This document shows, piece by piece, positions 42,043 to 51,498 of a stretch of DNA of 64,000 bases. The DNA lies in the NCBI GenBank assembly GCA_965248195.1, contig CBDFIQ010000002.1, positions 2,304,001 through 2,368,000 on the forward strand, written 5' to 3'. Every line of letters starts with the position of its first letter. Position 1 is the stretch's first letter. Origin of the DNA: Longimicrobiales bacterium. GTDB lineage: Bacteria; Gemmatimonadota; Gemmatimonadetes; Longimicrobiales; Gaopeijiaceae. The notes beneath the pieces were generated by a model. The model was not told where the DNA came from. It searched no databases and saw only the letters and a program-made list of their open reading frames with translations. The translations under genes and the position numbers were made by a program.

Positions 42043-43191
42043 GTGAGACGTGTTCTTCTTGCGGCCTTAGTGCTCGGCCTGACGATGACTCCGGCGTTCG
42101 GGCAGATCGTTCCGGAACTTCCGTTCGAATCGGTGCCCAATCCGCTGAAATTACCCAACGACATCCACTTCGGTGAGATCGCTGGAGTGGCGGTCAATTC
42201 GAGGGGGCATGTCTTCGTGTTCTCGCGTGGCAACTCAGTCGGGCCGTCCTACATGGCCACGGCCTCGCAGCTCCTCGAGTTCGACGCCAACGGTAATTTC
42301 GTCCGCGAGATCGGCAAAAACCTGAATGCGTGGTCCTACGCACATGCCGTTCGCGTCGATCCCCAGGACAACGTCTGGGTCGTCGACAAGGGATCGAACA
42401 TGATCCTCAGGTTCACCCCCGAGGGTCACGTGGATTGGGTCTTCGGCCGCAAGGGAGAGGCCTCGCACCTCATCGTGCCGCCCGACTACCAGACCGTGAT
42501 GGCCAGACTGCTCGACCGCGCCGGCGTGGACGTGGAAGTTCCCGAGAATAACAACCCGCGCTGGCCCATACCGGTGCATCAGGACAACAGCTTCAACCAG
42601 CCCACCGACGTAGCATGGGACTCGAACGGGAACTCGTATTTCAGCGACGGCTACATCAACTCGAGGGTTGGCAAAGCCAACGCGAAAGGCGAGTGGGTGG
42701 CCAGCTGGGGGTCACTCGGCAGCGGCCCCGGCCAGTTCGACACGCCGCACGGCATTGCGGTGTCACCCGATGACGAGATCTACGTGGCGGACCGCGGCAA
42801 CCGCCGCGTTCAAGTGTTCGATCCCGACGGCAACTACCTGCGCGAATTCGTCATCGACGTGCCGGTGGACGTGACGCGGGGCAAGATCGTGTACGGGCGG
42901 GAAAACCCGAACGGCACGAGGGGCTCCCTAGCACCAGGGGCTCCCGACGCCTTGTGCATGACGCCCGGGCCCAATCCGGTGCTCTTCATCGGCGATCTGT
43001 ACCCGAGCCGCATCTACAAGGTGTCGCTCGACGGCAAGGTGCTCGGCGTTTACGGGCAGCCCGGCCGTAACCTCGGCGAGTTCGGCTGGATTCATGGCAT
43101 CGCGTGCCCGTCCGAGGACGAGATCTGGGTGGCCGAGCTCATCAACTGGCGCGTGCAGAAGCTCGTCACCAGGGGCACGAGCACCAGGTAG
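42043..43191 (+). CDS. Secreted NHL-repeat beta-propeller, peptidyl-alpha-hydroxyglycine alpha-amidating lyase (PAL)-like
   Basis: Signal peptide after GTG 42043 (SD GGAGG); AHAVRVDPQDNVW, FNQPTDVA, SDGYINSRV, GQFDTPHGI, VADRGNRRVQVF. Confidence 0.85.
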   Translation: MRRVLLAALVLGLTMTPAFGQIVPELPFESVPNPLKLPNDIHFGEIAGVAVNSRGHVFVFSRGNSVGPSYMATASQLLEFDANGNFVREIGKNLNAWSYAHAVRVDPQDNVWVVDKGSNMILRFTPEGHVDWVFGRKGEASHLIVPPDYQTVMARLLDRAGVDVEVPENNNPRWPIPVHQDNSFNQPTDVAWDSNGNSYFSDGYINSRVGKANAKGEWVASWGSLGSGPGQFDTPHGIAVSPDDEIYVADRGNRRVQVFDPDGNYLREFVIDVPVDVTRGKIVYGRENPNGTRGSLAPGAPDALCMTPGPNPVLFIGDLYPSRIYKVSLDGKVLGVYGQPGRNLGEFGWIHGIACPSEDEIWVAELINWRVQKLVTRGTSTR

Positions 43192-43249
43192 GAGGACCGA
43201 GCCCCTGTTCCCGGATCCAGAGATCGTCGCTGAGCCGTACTCGCGCCGA

Positions 43250-45703
43250 TCACTCCGCCCGCAGCGCCTCCACCGGCTGAACGCTGGAAGCCCGTACGGC
43301 AGGCAGCCAGGCGGCGGTCAGGCCGACCGCGCCCATCAAGAGGGCCACTAGGCCGAGGGTGACCGGGTCGTTGGGGGCGACACCGTAGAGCAGGCTCTCG
43401 AGAAGACGAGAGGCGAGCACCGACCCTAGCGCACCGAGCACGAGACCGATCAGGAGAAGCGCCGCGCCCTCGAGCACGATCATTCGTCGTACCTGCCCGG
43501 CCCGCACGCCCAAACTCATGCGCACCCCAATTTCGTTGGTGCGCTGGCTGACAGAGAATGCCAGAACCCCTGCGAGACCGACCGCTGCGATGAGCAACGC
43601 GACGATGCCGAAGCCCGAAACGAGCAGGGCGTTGATGCGCTGTGAAGCGACTGATTCGTCCCGAAGCTCCGCCAGGGTGCCGACCTTACCGATCGGCACG
43701 GTCGGGTCCACGTCGCGAACGATCCGCGTGGCTGGAACGAGGAGCGCACGGGGATCGGACGCGGTGCGCACAACAAGCGAGCCTGCGAAAACCTCCTCCT
43801 GATCGAACGGTTGATAGAGCGCCGGGGTCGGCTCCTGGTCGAGCGCCGCTGAGCGCGTGTCGCCTACAACGCCGACGATGGTCCGCCAGTCGCCCGATAC
43901 GGGAATGAAGGCCAGCACTTCGTCGGTCCATGCGACCCTCCGGCCCAGGGGGTCGGAATCCCCGAACAGGCGCTCCGCGAGCGACTCGTTCAGAATGGCG
44001 ACGAGCGGATCTTCCCTGGAGTCCGTCGATTGGAACTCTCGTCCGGCCAGCAGCTCGATCCCCGTGGCGCGGAAGTATTCCGGTGTGGCTGTCCGGTGTT
44101 CCGCCCGCGGAGTGGGGAGGTCTGGGTCGAGCGCAACGCCCTCGGCGCCGATCTCGAGTTGGATGAACCCATCGTCCCGGACAGGGACCGTGGAACCGAC
44201 ACCCGCGTCGAGAACGCCCGGGAGGGAAGCCATGTCCGATCGCATTCGCTCGTAGGCGTCCTTGACTTCGTCCGTCGTTCTGCCCGTCCCGGCGACCGGC
44301 ACCTCAACGGTCAGCACACCTTCGAGGTCGGCGCCGACGTCGACCTCGTAAAGGTTCAGCAGCGTGCGAACGAGCAGGCCGGCGCCCGTTAGTAGCGTAA
44401 CGGACAGGGCGACCTGCGCGACGACGAGCCCGCGCTGCATGCGCCGGTACCGACGTCCGCCGGTCGTCCGCTTCCCTCCTGACGCCAGGGATGCGCCGGG
44501 CCTTGACGATGCGCCCGGCAGCCTGGGCGCCCATCCAAGCCCCAGAGCGACGATGAGCGCGACACCCGCCGTGAAGCCGAGCACCGCCCCATCCAGAGCA
44601 ACCTCGCTCGCGCGGGGCGTGAAGCGCGCCGCGAACGTGGTGAGCAGGTCGATCCCCGCCATGGCCACGAGCACCCCGATGAGCGACCCGAGGGCCGCGA
44701 TGAGCACGCTCTCCGAAAGAAGCTGGCCTCGGAGCCGCCAAGCGGACGCGCCAAGGGCTGCTCGAACGACCAACTCGCGTTCGCGGCGTACGGATCGGGT
44801 CAGTACGAGGTTTGCGACGCTCGCGCACGCGATCAGCAGCACGAAGAACGCCGTGACCCAAAGAAGGTAGATCGTGCCTGTTGCGTCTTGGGTGAGAACC
44901 TCGGCGAGCGGGTACACGTGCACCTGATACCCGGCCGCCACCTCGTAGGCCTCCGGGTACGCGTCGTGGATGCGGATGCTGATCCCGTCGACCTCCGTCT
45001 GTGCCTGCTCGACGCTAGCGCCCGGCCCCAACCGGGCGAAGATTTGCGTCATCCGGTGCGAGCGACCGTGGACCATCGTCGCGCTCAGGTGGTGCGGGCT
45101 CGTCACCATGTTCACGAGCACGTCGGTGCGCTCCGGGTAGTGCGGCGCTTGCTGGACGACGCCGACGATCGTCGCGGCCATGGCGCCCAGATCGACCGTT
45201 TCGCCCACGACGCTCGGATCGCCTCCGAAGAAGCCCATCCAGTAGTCGTACGTCAGCACCACGACGGCCGCAGCCGCCTCTCCATCATCTCCAGAGTCTA
45301 GGACGCGGCCGATCTCGGGGCCGAGTCCCATGACTCCGAAGAAGTTGCCCGTGATGATTCCGGCCAGGATCTGCTGCGGCTCCCCACGAGCGGTAAGGTT
45401 GAAGCTCCCCGAGGAGAACTCTGCGATCCCAGTGAGGGCACCCGCCGACCGATAGTCGATGATCTCCGGAACCGAAAACAGCGCGTTCTCGATGCCCGCC
45501 CGCTCCGCCGAGTGCCTCAGGTAGACGAGGCGCTCGCCGTCGGCATGCGGCAGGGGACGGAGCAGCACGCCCCGCACGACGCTGAAGACCGCAGTGTTCG
45601 CGCCGATCCCGAGCGCCAGTGTGAGGATCGCGGCTGCCGCGAAGAAAGGGGCCCTCAGCAGTCCTCGAGCAGCGAGGCGCAGTTCCCGATAGAGCGACTC
45701 CAT
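43250..45703 (-). CDS. ADOP-family duplicated MacB-like ABC permease (no ATPase domain)
   Basis: LTLALGIGANTAVFS, LLIACASVANL, EIGVRMSLG, two periplasmic+FtsX repeats, PVEALRAE. Confidence 0.93.
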   Translation of the reverse strand: MESLYRELRLAARGLLRAPFFAAAAILTLALGIGANTAVFSVVRGVLLRPLPHADGERLVYLRHSAERAGIENALFSVPEIIDYRSAGALTGIAEFSSGSFNLTARGEPQQILAGIITGNFFGVMGLGPEIGRVLDSGDDGEAAAAVVVLTYDYWMGFFGGDPSVVGETVDLGAMAATIVGVVQQAPHYPERTDVLVNMVTSPHHLSATMVHGRSHRMTQIFARLGPGASVEQAQTEVDGISIRIHDAYPEAYEVAAGYQVHVYPLAEVLTQDATGTIYLLWVTAFFVLLIACASVANLVLTRSVRRERELVVRAALGASAWRLRGQLLSESVLIAALGSLIGVLVAMAGIDLLTTFAARFTPRASEVALDGAVLGFTAGVALIVALGLGWAPRLPGASSRPGASLASGGKRTTGGRRYRRMQRGLVVAQVALSVTLLTGAGLLVRTLLNLYEVDVGADLEGVLTVEVPVAGTGRTTDEVKDAYERMRSDMASLPGVLDAGVGSTVPVRDDGFIQLEIGAEGVALDPDLPTPRAEHRTATPEYFRATGIELLAGREFQSTDSREDPLVAILNESLAERLFGDSDPLGRRVAWTDEVLAFIPVSGDWRTIVGVVGDTRSAALDQEPTPALYQPFDQEEVFAGSLVVRTASDPRALLVPATRIVRDVDPTVPIGKVGTLAELRDESVASQRINALLVSGFGIVALLIAAVGLAGVLAFSVSQRTNEIGVRMSLGVRAGQVRRMIVLEGAALLLIGLVLGALGSVLASRLLESLLYGVAPNDPVTLGLVALLMGAVGLTAAWLPAVRASSVQPVEALRAE

Positions 45704-45712
45704 CCTCCCCCT

Positions 45713-47044
45713 TTACACGCCAGACAAGAGGGGCAAATACCCCGTGCTGTCGCCAAACGTCTCCACGTTCACCCCGAACTTCTCCAGGAGGCTCAATGAG
45801 AGGTTCGCCAGAGGAGTGCCCTGCGGATACACGAGGTGGCGATTCCCCTCGAGCCCGTTCTCAGGCCCGCCGATGACGACGACCGGCACGTTGTAGTTGT
45901 TGTGCGTGTTGCCGTCGCTCATGCCGCTGCCGTAGAGGACCACCGTGTTGTCCAGTAGCGTCCCGTCACCGTCGGAAATCGACTGCAGCTTGTCCAGGTA
46001 GTACGCGAGGGTCTCCACGTGATAGGTGTTCAGCCTCGTGAAGTCCTTCATCTTGTCCGGATCATTGCCGTGGTGCGACATCGAGTGGTGCACCTCGGGC
46101 AGTCCGATCTCGGTGTACGAACGATTGATGTTTTCTCGCGCCATCATGAACGACGTGACGCGCGTGACATCTGCTTGGAACGCGAGCACCTGCAAGTCGA
46201 GCATCAGCTCGGCGTATTCCTTGAAGGTCTCGGGCACGCCGACCGGACGATCCGGGACCTCGAGATCGACGTTGGACGACTCCGACGCAGCGATGCGCTG
46301 TTCCACGTCGCGAATCGCACCGAGATACTCACCGAGCTTGGCACGGTCCTGCCCGCCTAATGTGCTCGAGAGCGTCGAGATCTCGCGGATCAGGCCGTCG
46401 AGAATGCTGCGGTCTTCCTGGACTCGAGCCAGCCGCTCTTCGGCGGTGTCGCCGCCGCCGAACAGTCGCTCGAACACGAAGCGCGGATTCGTCTCCGCCG
46501 GCAGCGGCATCGTCGGCGTCTTCCACGACATCGAGTTCATGTAAGCGCAAGCGTAGCCGTGGTCGCAGGCACCGACGACGTCGTTGCGATCTACGGAGAC
46601 TTCCAGTGACGAGAGCCTCGAGTCGCGGCTGATGCGCTCAGCGATGATCTGATCGACCGTCGTGCCGGCTCGCACATCCGCGCCCTCGGTCTGCTTCGGG
46701 TGCACGCAACTCATGAACGCCGGAGCGGCGCGCGGATGCTGACCACCGGAGTCGCCCTGGTCGGTCGCCGGGAAGTTATCGAGCCCGCTGAAGACGAGCG
46801 TCCGATGCCGGAACGGCTCGAGCGGTTTCAGCGTCGGCGAGAACTCGAACCCGACGCCCTCGGTGGGTGGCGTCCAGTCGAACATATTCGCGCCGTTCCC
46901 GACATAAATGGCCATGAACCGAGGCGCTCCCTTGGCTCTGGCCGACATCGCGGGCACCATCGCGTCGAGGAACGGCAACGCCAGGGTGGCGCCCATGCCG
47001 CGAATAAACGTCCGTCTGGGTAGGGCTACTTTCCTGATCCACAT
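45713..47044 (-). CDS. DUF1552 (HxxSHH) family protein
   Basis: Tat-like PRRTFIRG..LALPFLDAM, TVDQIIA, CDHGYACAY, VHHSMSHH, GSGMSDGNTH, FGDSTG. Confidence 0.92.
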   Translation of the reverse strand: MWIRKVALPRRTFIRGMGATLALPFLDAMVPAMSARAKGAPRFMAIYVGNGANMFDWTPPTEGVGFEFSPTLKPLEPFRHRTLVFSGLDNFPATDQGDSGGQHPRAAPAFMSCVHPKQTEGADVRAGTTVDQIIAERISRDSRLSSLEVSVDRNDVVGACDHGYACAYMNSMSWKTPTMPLPAETNPRFVFERLFGGGDTAEERLARVQEDRSILDGLIREISTLSSTLGGQDRAKLGEYLGAIRDVEQRIAASESSNVDLEVPDRPVGVPETFKEYAELMLDLQVLAFQADVTRVTSFMMARENINRSYTEIGLPEVHHSMSHHGNDPDKMKDFTRLNTYHVETLAYYLDKLQSISDGDGTLLDNTVVLYGSGMSDGNTHNNYNVPVVVIGGPENGLEGNRHLVYPQGTPLANLSLSLLEKFGVNVETFGDSTGYLPLLSGV

Positions 47045-47058
47045 TGAACGGTCTCCCT

Positions 47059-47092
47059 CATATCGAGTAATTCGGCATATCGAGTAATTCGG
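47059..47092. repeat. Perfect 17-bp tandem duplication
   Basis: CATATCGAGTAATTCGG x2 in the spacer between the DUF1592 and DUF1552 genes. Confidence 0.9.
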
Positions 47093-47095
47093 CGA

Positions 47096-49522
47096 TCAGT
47101 TCGCGCGCTCCTCCGCCATCCGCATTTGAAATGGAGTGCTCGTCACGATGCCCTGGATCAGAGCGGCGAACGCATAGTTCTCATCGGCGGCCTCTCGCTT
47201 GATCTGACGCACATAGGGCGCATCGGTCGCTTCCAGCCCTCTCCCCAGGGCATACGTCAACAGCCGGTCGGTCACGGTGGTCAAGAAGGACTCCGACTGG
47301 TCCAACAACAGCTGGCGGAGCTCCGCCGGGCCGTCGAACGTCGTGCCGTCGGGAAACTCCGCCGACGCGTCGATCGGCAGGCCCGACGTATAGATCTCTC
47401 TCCATTCGCCGATCGCGTCGAAGTTCTCGAGCGCGAAGCCCAGCTGGTCCATCTGGGCATGGCAGCTCGCACAGACCGGGTCGGCCCGGTGCTCCGCCAT
47501 CTGTTCGCGTATCGGAAGCACCTTCCGCGGGTCCCTCTCGTCTTCGAGGTCGGGCACATCAGGCGGCGGGGGCGGCGGGGGCGCCCCCAAAAGGTTCTCC
47601 AGGATCCACTTGCCACGGATGACCGGCGACGTCCGATTCGGGCGCGAGGTCCCCGTCAGAATCGATCCCTGTCCCAGCAGCCCGCGACGAACGCTGTTGG
47701 CCGGGAGCACCACGCGTCTGAATCGCTCTCCGTACACGCCAGCAATGTCGTAGTGTTTGGCGAGTCGCTCATTCAGGAACGTATAGTCCGCATCCAGCAG
47801 GTCGAGCACGCTACGGTTCTCGCGGATGATGCTCTCGAAGAACATCTTCGTCTCGCGCTCGAAGGCAACGCGCAGATTGTCGTCGAAGTGGAACAGCAGC
47901 TCCGGACTCGGCCGGAACCCTTCCACGTTCCGGATGTGTAGCCACTGGCCCGCGAAGTTGTCGACCAGCGCCTGCGAGCGCGGGTCGCCGAGCATGCGCC
48001 GCACCTGCTCCTGCAGCACCGCCGGATCGTACAGCGTCCCCTGTACGGCCAGGTCCACCAGCTCGTCATCCGGAATGCTGCTCCACAGGAAGAACGAGAG
48101 GCGTGAGGCCAGCTCGAGTTCCGAGATGCGATACGGCGTTTTGGGGGCGACCGACGACGGCTGATCCTCGAACCGGAACAGAAAGTTCGGGCTGACCAGG
48201 ATACCGCGCACAGCCAGCTCGATGCCTGACTCGAAACCGCCGCTGCTAGCGCCCTCGCGATACAGGGCCAGCGGGACCTCGAGATCTGCGTCGGTCACGG
48301 GGCGCCGATAGGCACGCCGGGCGAGCGTCGAGAGGATCGTTTTCGCGCAAATCGCGGCTTCCTCAACCGCAGCCGATGCCGGAGTACAGACGAACAGCCG
48401 GCGGCGGCTTGGCGAGTCGCCGGACCAGTCAGAAGCAGCGTCAGCGTCGGGCTGAGGGCCGGTGATCGTCACCGTGGAAACCACTGGCTCGCCGTTGGCG
48501 GCTCGATAGGGCGTCCGACGCAGGTCCGGGTCGAACAGATCTTCGGCGTAGGCCGAGGTCTTGGCAGCGAAGTACACTTGCACCAGGTGTGAGCCGGCCT
48601 TCACCGGGGCGTAGAACCGCATGCTCTCCAGGATCCTCTCGATCCGCTCGTCTCCAAGCAGCCCCTCCGGTCTCTGCACCGTCCCCGACCAGACCCTGCG
48701 GCCGTCGATGCTCACGTCGAGCTGGTGTGGCTCATCGGTCACGCCCTCGAATCCCCCGTCGGCGCCACTCTCCTTCGGCCGCATTTCGAAGAGGTACTCG
48801 CCATCCGCCGGAAAGTAGTAGCGGAAGGCCGTTCCGCCGCGCGACCCGAACGGCATGTCGTCGTTGATGCGGGTGCCCTGGTTACGATCGGTCGGCACGA
48901 AGAAGGTCTCCGGAGCCGGCGTGCCCCGCAGCCGGGTGAGAGCCAGCTGACTGATCTTCGCGGCCGCTCCCAGATACCGCCCCGTCAGCGCCGACGACAG
49001 CGTGAGGGCATCGGCGTTGTTGTCGAACCCATACGCCGCGTTGTCGGCGGGCAGCAACGACACGTCGATGTCGACCGCGAGCAGATCGCGCACGGCGTTG
49101 CGATACTCCGAACGGTTCAGCCGATGGAGCGTGGGCCGACCGGGGTCGGGATGTTCCACCGCAGCGCGGTCTAGCTCCGCCTCGAGCCAAGTCGCAACGT
49201 CATTCGACAGAGCCTTTCCGGGCTGTGGCCGTCCGGCAGGCGGCATGGCGCCCGTACGAAGCTTGCGTACCACCTGTTCCCACACATCTGAGCGCTCGGC
49301 CACGTGCGCCATATCCAGGACGTCGAGCGCAAGGTCACCCACCATGCGGCGCTCGTTGTGGCAGCCGAAGCAGTACTCCTGGAGCACAGCGCACGGCGCG
49401 CCTTGGCCGGCAGCGGCGACAACGGCGACCTGCGCCGCCGCTCCTCTCGCCTGCACACAGAGGGCGACCGTGGCGACGACACAAGACATGCCGACACCCC
49501 GCGCCAGGCGAGGACCCGTCAT
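47096..49522 (-). CDS. DUF1592/DUF1587/1588/1595/1585 planctomycete-type cytochrome c protein (two CxxCH)
   Basis: CFGCH...MPP, RLNRSEY, ELASRLSFFLWSSIPD, RTSPVIRGKW, CASCH..MD, YALGRG; ATG 49522 overlaps the ankyrin stop. Confidence 0.92.
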   Translation of the reverse strand: MTGPRLARGVGMSCVVATVALCVQARGAAAQVAVVAAAGQGAPCAVLQEYCFGCHNERRMVGDLALDVLDMAHVAERSDVWEQVVRKLRTGAMPPAGRPQPGKALSNDVATWLEAELDRAAVEHPDPGRPTLHRLNRSEYRNAVRDLLAVDIDVSLLPADNAAYGFDNNADALTLSSALTGRYLGAAAKISQLALTRLRGTPAPETFFVPTDRNQGTRINDDMPFGSRGGTAFRYYFPADGEYLFEMRPKESGADGGFEGVTDEPHQLDVSIDGRRVWSGTVQRPEGLLGDERIERILESMRFYAPVKAGSHLVQVYFAAKTSAYAEDLFDPDLRRTPYRAANGEPVVSTVTITGPQPDADAASDWSGDSPSRRRLFVCTPASAAVEEAAICAKTILSTLARRAYRRPVTDADLEVPLALYREGASSGGFESGIELAVRGILVSPNFLFRFEDQPSSVAPKTPYRISELELASRLSFFLWSSIPDDELVDLAVQGTLYDPAVLQEQVRRMLGDPRSQALVDNFAGQWLHIRNVEGFRPSPELLFHFDDNLRVAFERETKMFFESIIRENRSVLDLLDADYTFLNERLAKHYDIAGVYGERFRRVVLPANSVRRGLLGQGSILTGTSRPNRTSPVIRGKWILENLLGAPPPPPPPDVPDLEDERDPRKVLPIREQMAEHRADPVCASCHAQMDQLGFALENFDAIGEWREIYTSGLPIDASAEFPDGTTFDGPAELRQLLLDQSESFLTTVTDRLLTYALGRGLEATDAPYVRQIKREAADENYAFAALIQGIVTSTPFQMRMAEERAN

Positions 49523-51105
49523 CGCCGGAGGGCCTCCTCGGGGATCGCCGCCGCGCATGGAGCCGGACATGGGATGTCCTTGGCGCCCAACTTCCTCAGC
49601 AGCTCCGCCGTATGCGGCTGCGCGGCAAACGAGTTGCCGTACTCGACGCCCTCGGCAACCCTCAACGGCGTTCGCCCGTCCACTGCCACCACGTCGAGCT
49701 CTGCGCCCTTGTCGAACAGATACTGGACGACGCTGTTGGCACCGCGATACGCGGCTGCGTGCATCGCCGTTTCCCCGAGGTCGCTGACGAAGTTGACGTC
49801 GGCGCCCAGCTCTTCGACGATCAGCGTGACAGCCTCGAGCACCTCCGCTTCGCTGGCGCGCTCCTGATTCGACGCCCAGGAGATGCCCGCCGCCGCCATC
49901 AGGGGTGTGATGTCATCCATGCTGTTGATCGTCGGGTCGGCTCCATGGCGGAGCAACAGACGCATCACCTCGACATCGGCGACTTTGGCCGCAAACAGAA
50001 ACGCGGTGGCGCGGGTCATGTGACGTCGATACCGGGCGCCCGACCATCGGGGCTCCTCCATCGTGTTCTGGCCGTTGACGTCGGCCCCGTGCGCCAGCAA
50101 GGACTCGATGACGCGCAGCCGGTCGAGGTGCACGGCGATGAACTGATCGCTGATGTGCCAGTTCGCCACGTGTACAGCCGCCTGCAGCGGCCTGCCGAAG
50201 ATATTGCCCCTCGCCACGCCCTCGGACTCGCGCTCGCTGTAGCCCAGCGTCCTGAACTCGAGCGGCATCGGCTGGGCCCGCACGCCGTGGACCGTCAAAC
50301 GTGTCGACCCGCCCTCGACGTTCGGGTCGGCTCCTTCGTCGAGCAGCAGGTCGACGAGATCCTCGTGCCCGTTGATGACCGCCACGAGCAACGGGGTCGC
50401 CCCGTCGGGCCGCTCCCCGTTCACGTCGGAACCGGCCCCGAGCAAGGCGCGGACAGCGTCCATACTTCCCTTGCGCGCCGCGAACAAGAGCGCCGTCGCG
50501 CCGCTGTTGGAGCGCGCATGGATGTCGGCGCCGTGATCGATCAGCGTCTGCAAGACAGACAAGTGCCCTTCGGCCGCCGCCCACATGAGCGCCGATTGTC
50601 CGTTCCATGTTTCCGTCGCGTTGGCGTCGGCGCCAGCGCTCAGCAGTGCCGTCACCGCATCGACCTGTCCGGACCGCGCCGCGAGCATCAGCGGCGTCTC
50701 GCTGGCATTCACCGAGTGCCGCGGATCCAGCGGATCGGCACCGGAGCGCACCAACTGCTCGATGATCGCCGCATTGCCGTTCGTGGACGCTAATGCAAGC
50801 GGTGTCACGCCGTAGTTGTTCGGCGCGTTCACTTCCGCACCGGCGCGGATCAATAAAGCGGTCGTCTCCGCATCGTCCAGATATACGGCCCAGTGCAGCG
50901 CGGTCGCACCATCGCTCTGAGCCGCGTTGACATCCACCTGCTGCCTGAGCAGCGACAACATGACCGCCTCGTCGCCGCGCTGCACCGCGTCGGCGAGCGG
51001 TGCCTCTTGGCCGGCGGCTCCAAGACGGCCACCCGCAACGCAAAGGCCGGCCACGAGCAGCGCGGCCCGAAGCGACAGCCCGGACGAGCGTCGGACCCGC
51101 ATCAT
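49519..51105 (-). CDS. Secreted ankyrin-repeat protein
   Basis: Signal peptide; about ten G-TALH/TPLM-AA repeats. Confidence 0.93.
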   Translation of the reverse strand: MMRVRRSSGLSLRAALLVAGLCVAGGRLGAAGQEAPLADAVQRGDEAVMLSLLRQQVDVNAAQSDGATALHWAVYLDDAETTALLIRAGAEVNAPNNYGVTPLALASTNGNAAIIEQLVRSGADPLDPRHSVNASETPLMLAARSGQVDAVTALLSAGADANATETWNGQSALMWAAAEGHLSVLQTLIDHGADIHARSNSGATALLFAARKGSMDAVRALLGAGSDVNGERPDGATPLLVAVINGHEDLVDLLLDEGADPNVEGGSTRLTVHGVRAQPMPLEFRTLGYSERESEGVARGNIFGRPLQAAVHVANWHISDQFIAVHLDRLRVIESLLAHGADVNGQNTMEEPRWSGARYRRHMTRATAFLFAAKVADVEVMRLLLRHGADPTINSMDDITPLMAAAGISWASNQERASEAEVLEAVTLIVEELGADVNFVSDLGETAMHAAAYRGANSVVQYLFDKGAELDVVAVDGRTPLRVAEGVEYGNSFAAQPHTAELLRKLGAKDIPCPAPCAAAIPEEALRR

Positions 51106-51498
51106 GTATGTCCTCTTTTGTAGACCGATGCCATCCCACCTTCACCCAGCTCGCGATTCATGCGGTGCTTACCGTCGAGCGCGGCTTCATGGTGGTCGGT
51201 GCGTCCTTGGCTCATCCATGCCCCCTAATCTCGACCTCACCATTATACGCGGGCCATGCGCCATGCGCACGGGATTCAGGTCGCCTGAGTACGCTCCTCC
51301 ACCGCTCAGTACCCTTGACCTAACCAGAGTTTTGGGGCGTATCCCAGGGCGTCACGCCCCGTTTTCCGGCCCGCAATCTCACCGGGGAGAGATGGGGCGC
51401 TGGTGAACGCTGAAATCAGGGGGTTTTCACCGAATCTGCGCTCGTGGGCGCTCGCCAGCGCTGGCCGACCCGTAAAACGGCTTTCGTTTTAACTATCC

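Noticed and set aside
51318..51345. ACCTAAC attC R''-like box
   Set aside because: There is no complementary GTTAGGY end within attC distance.
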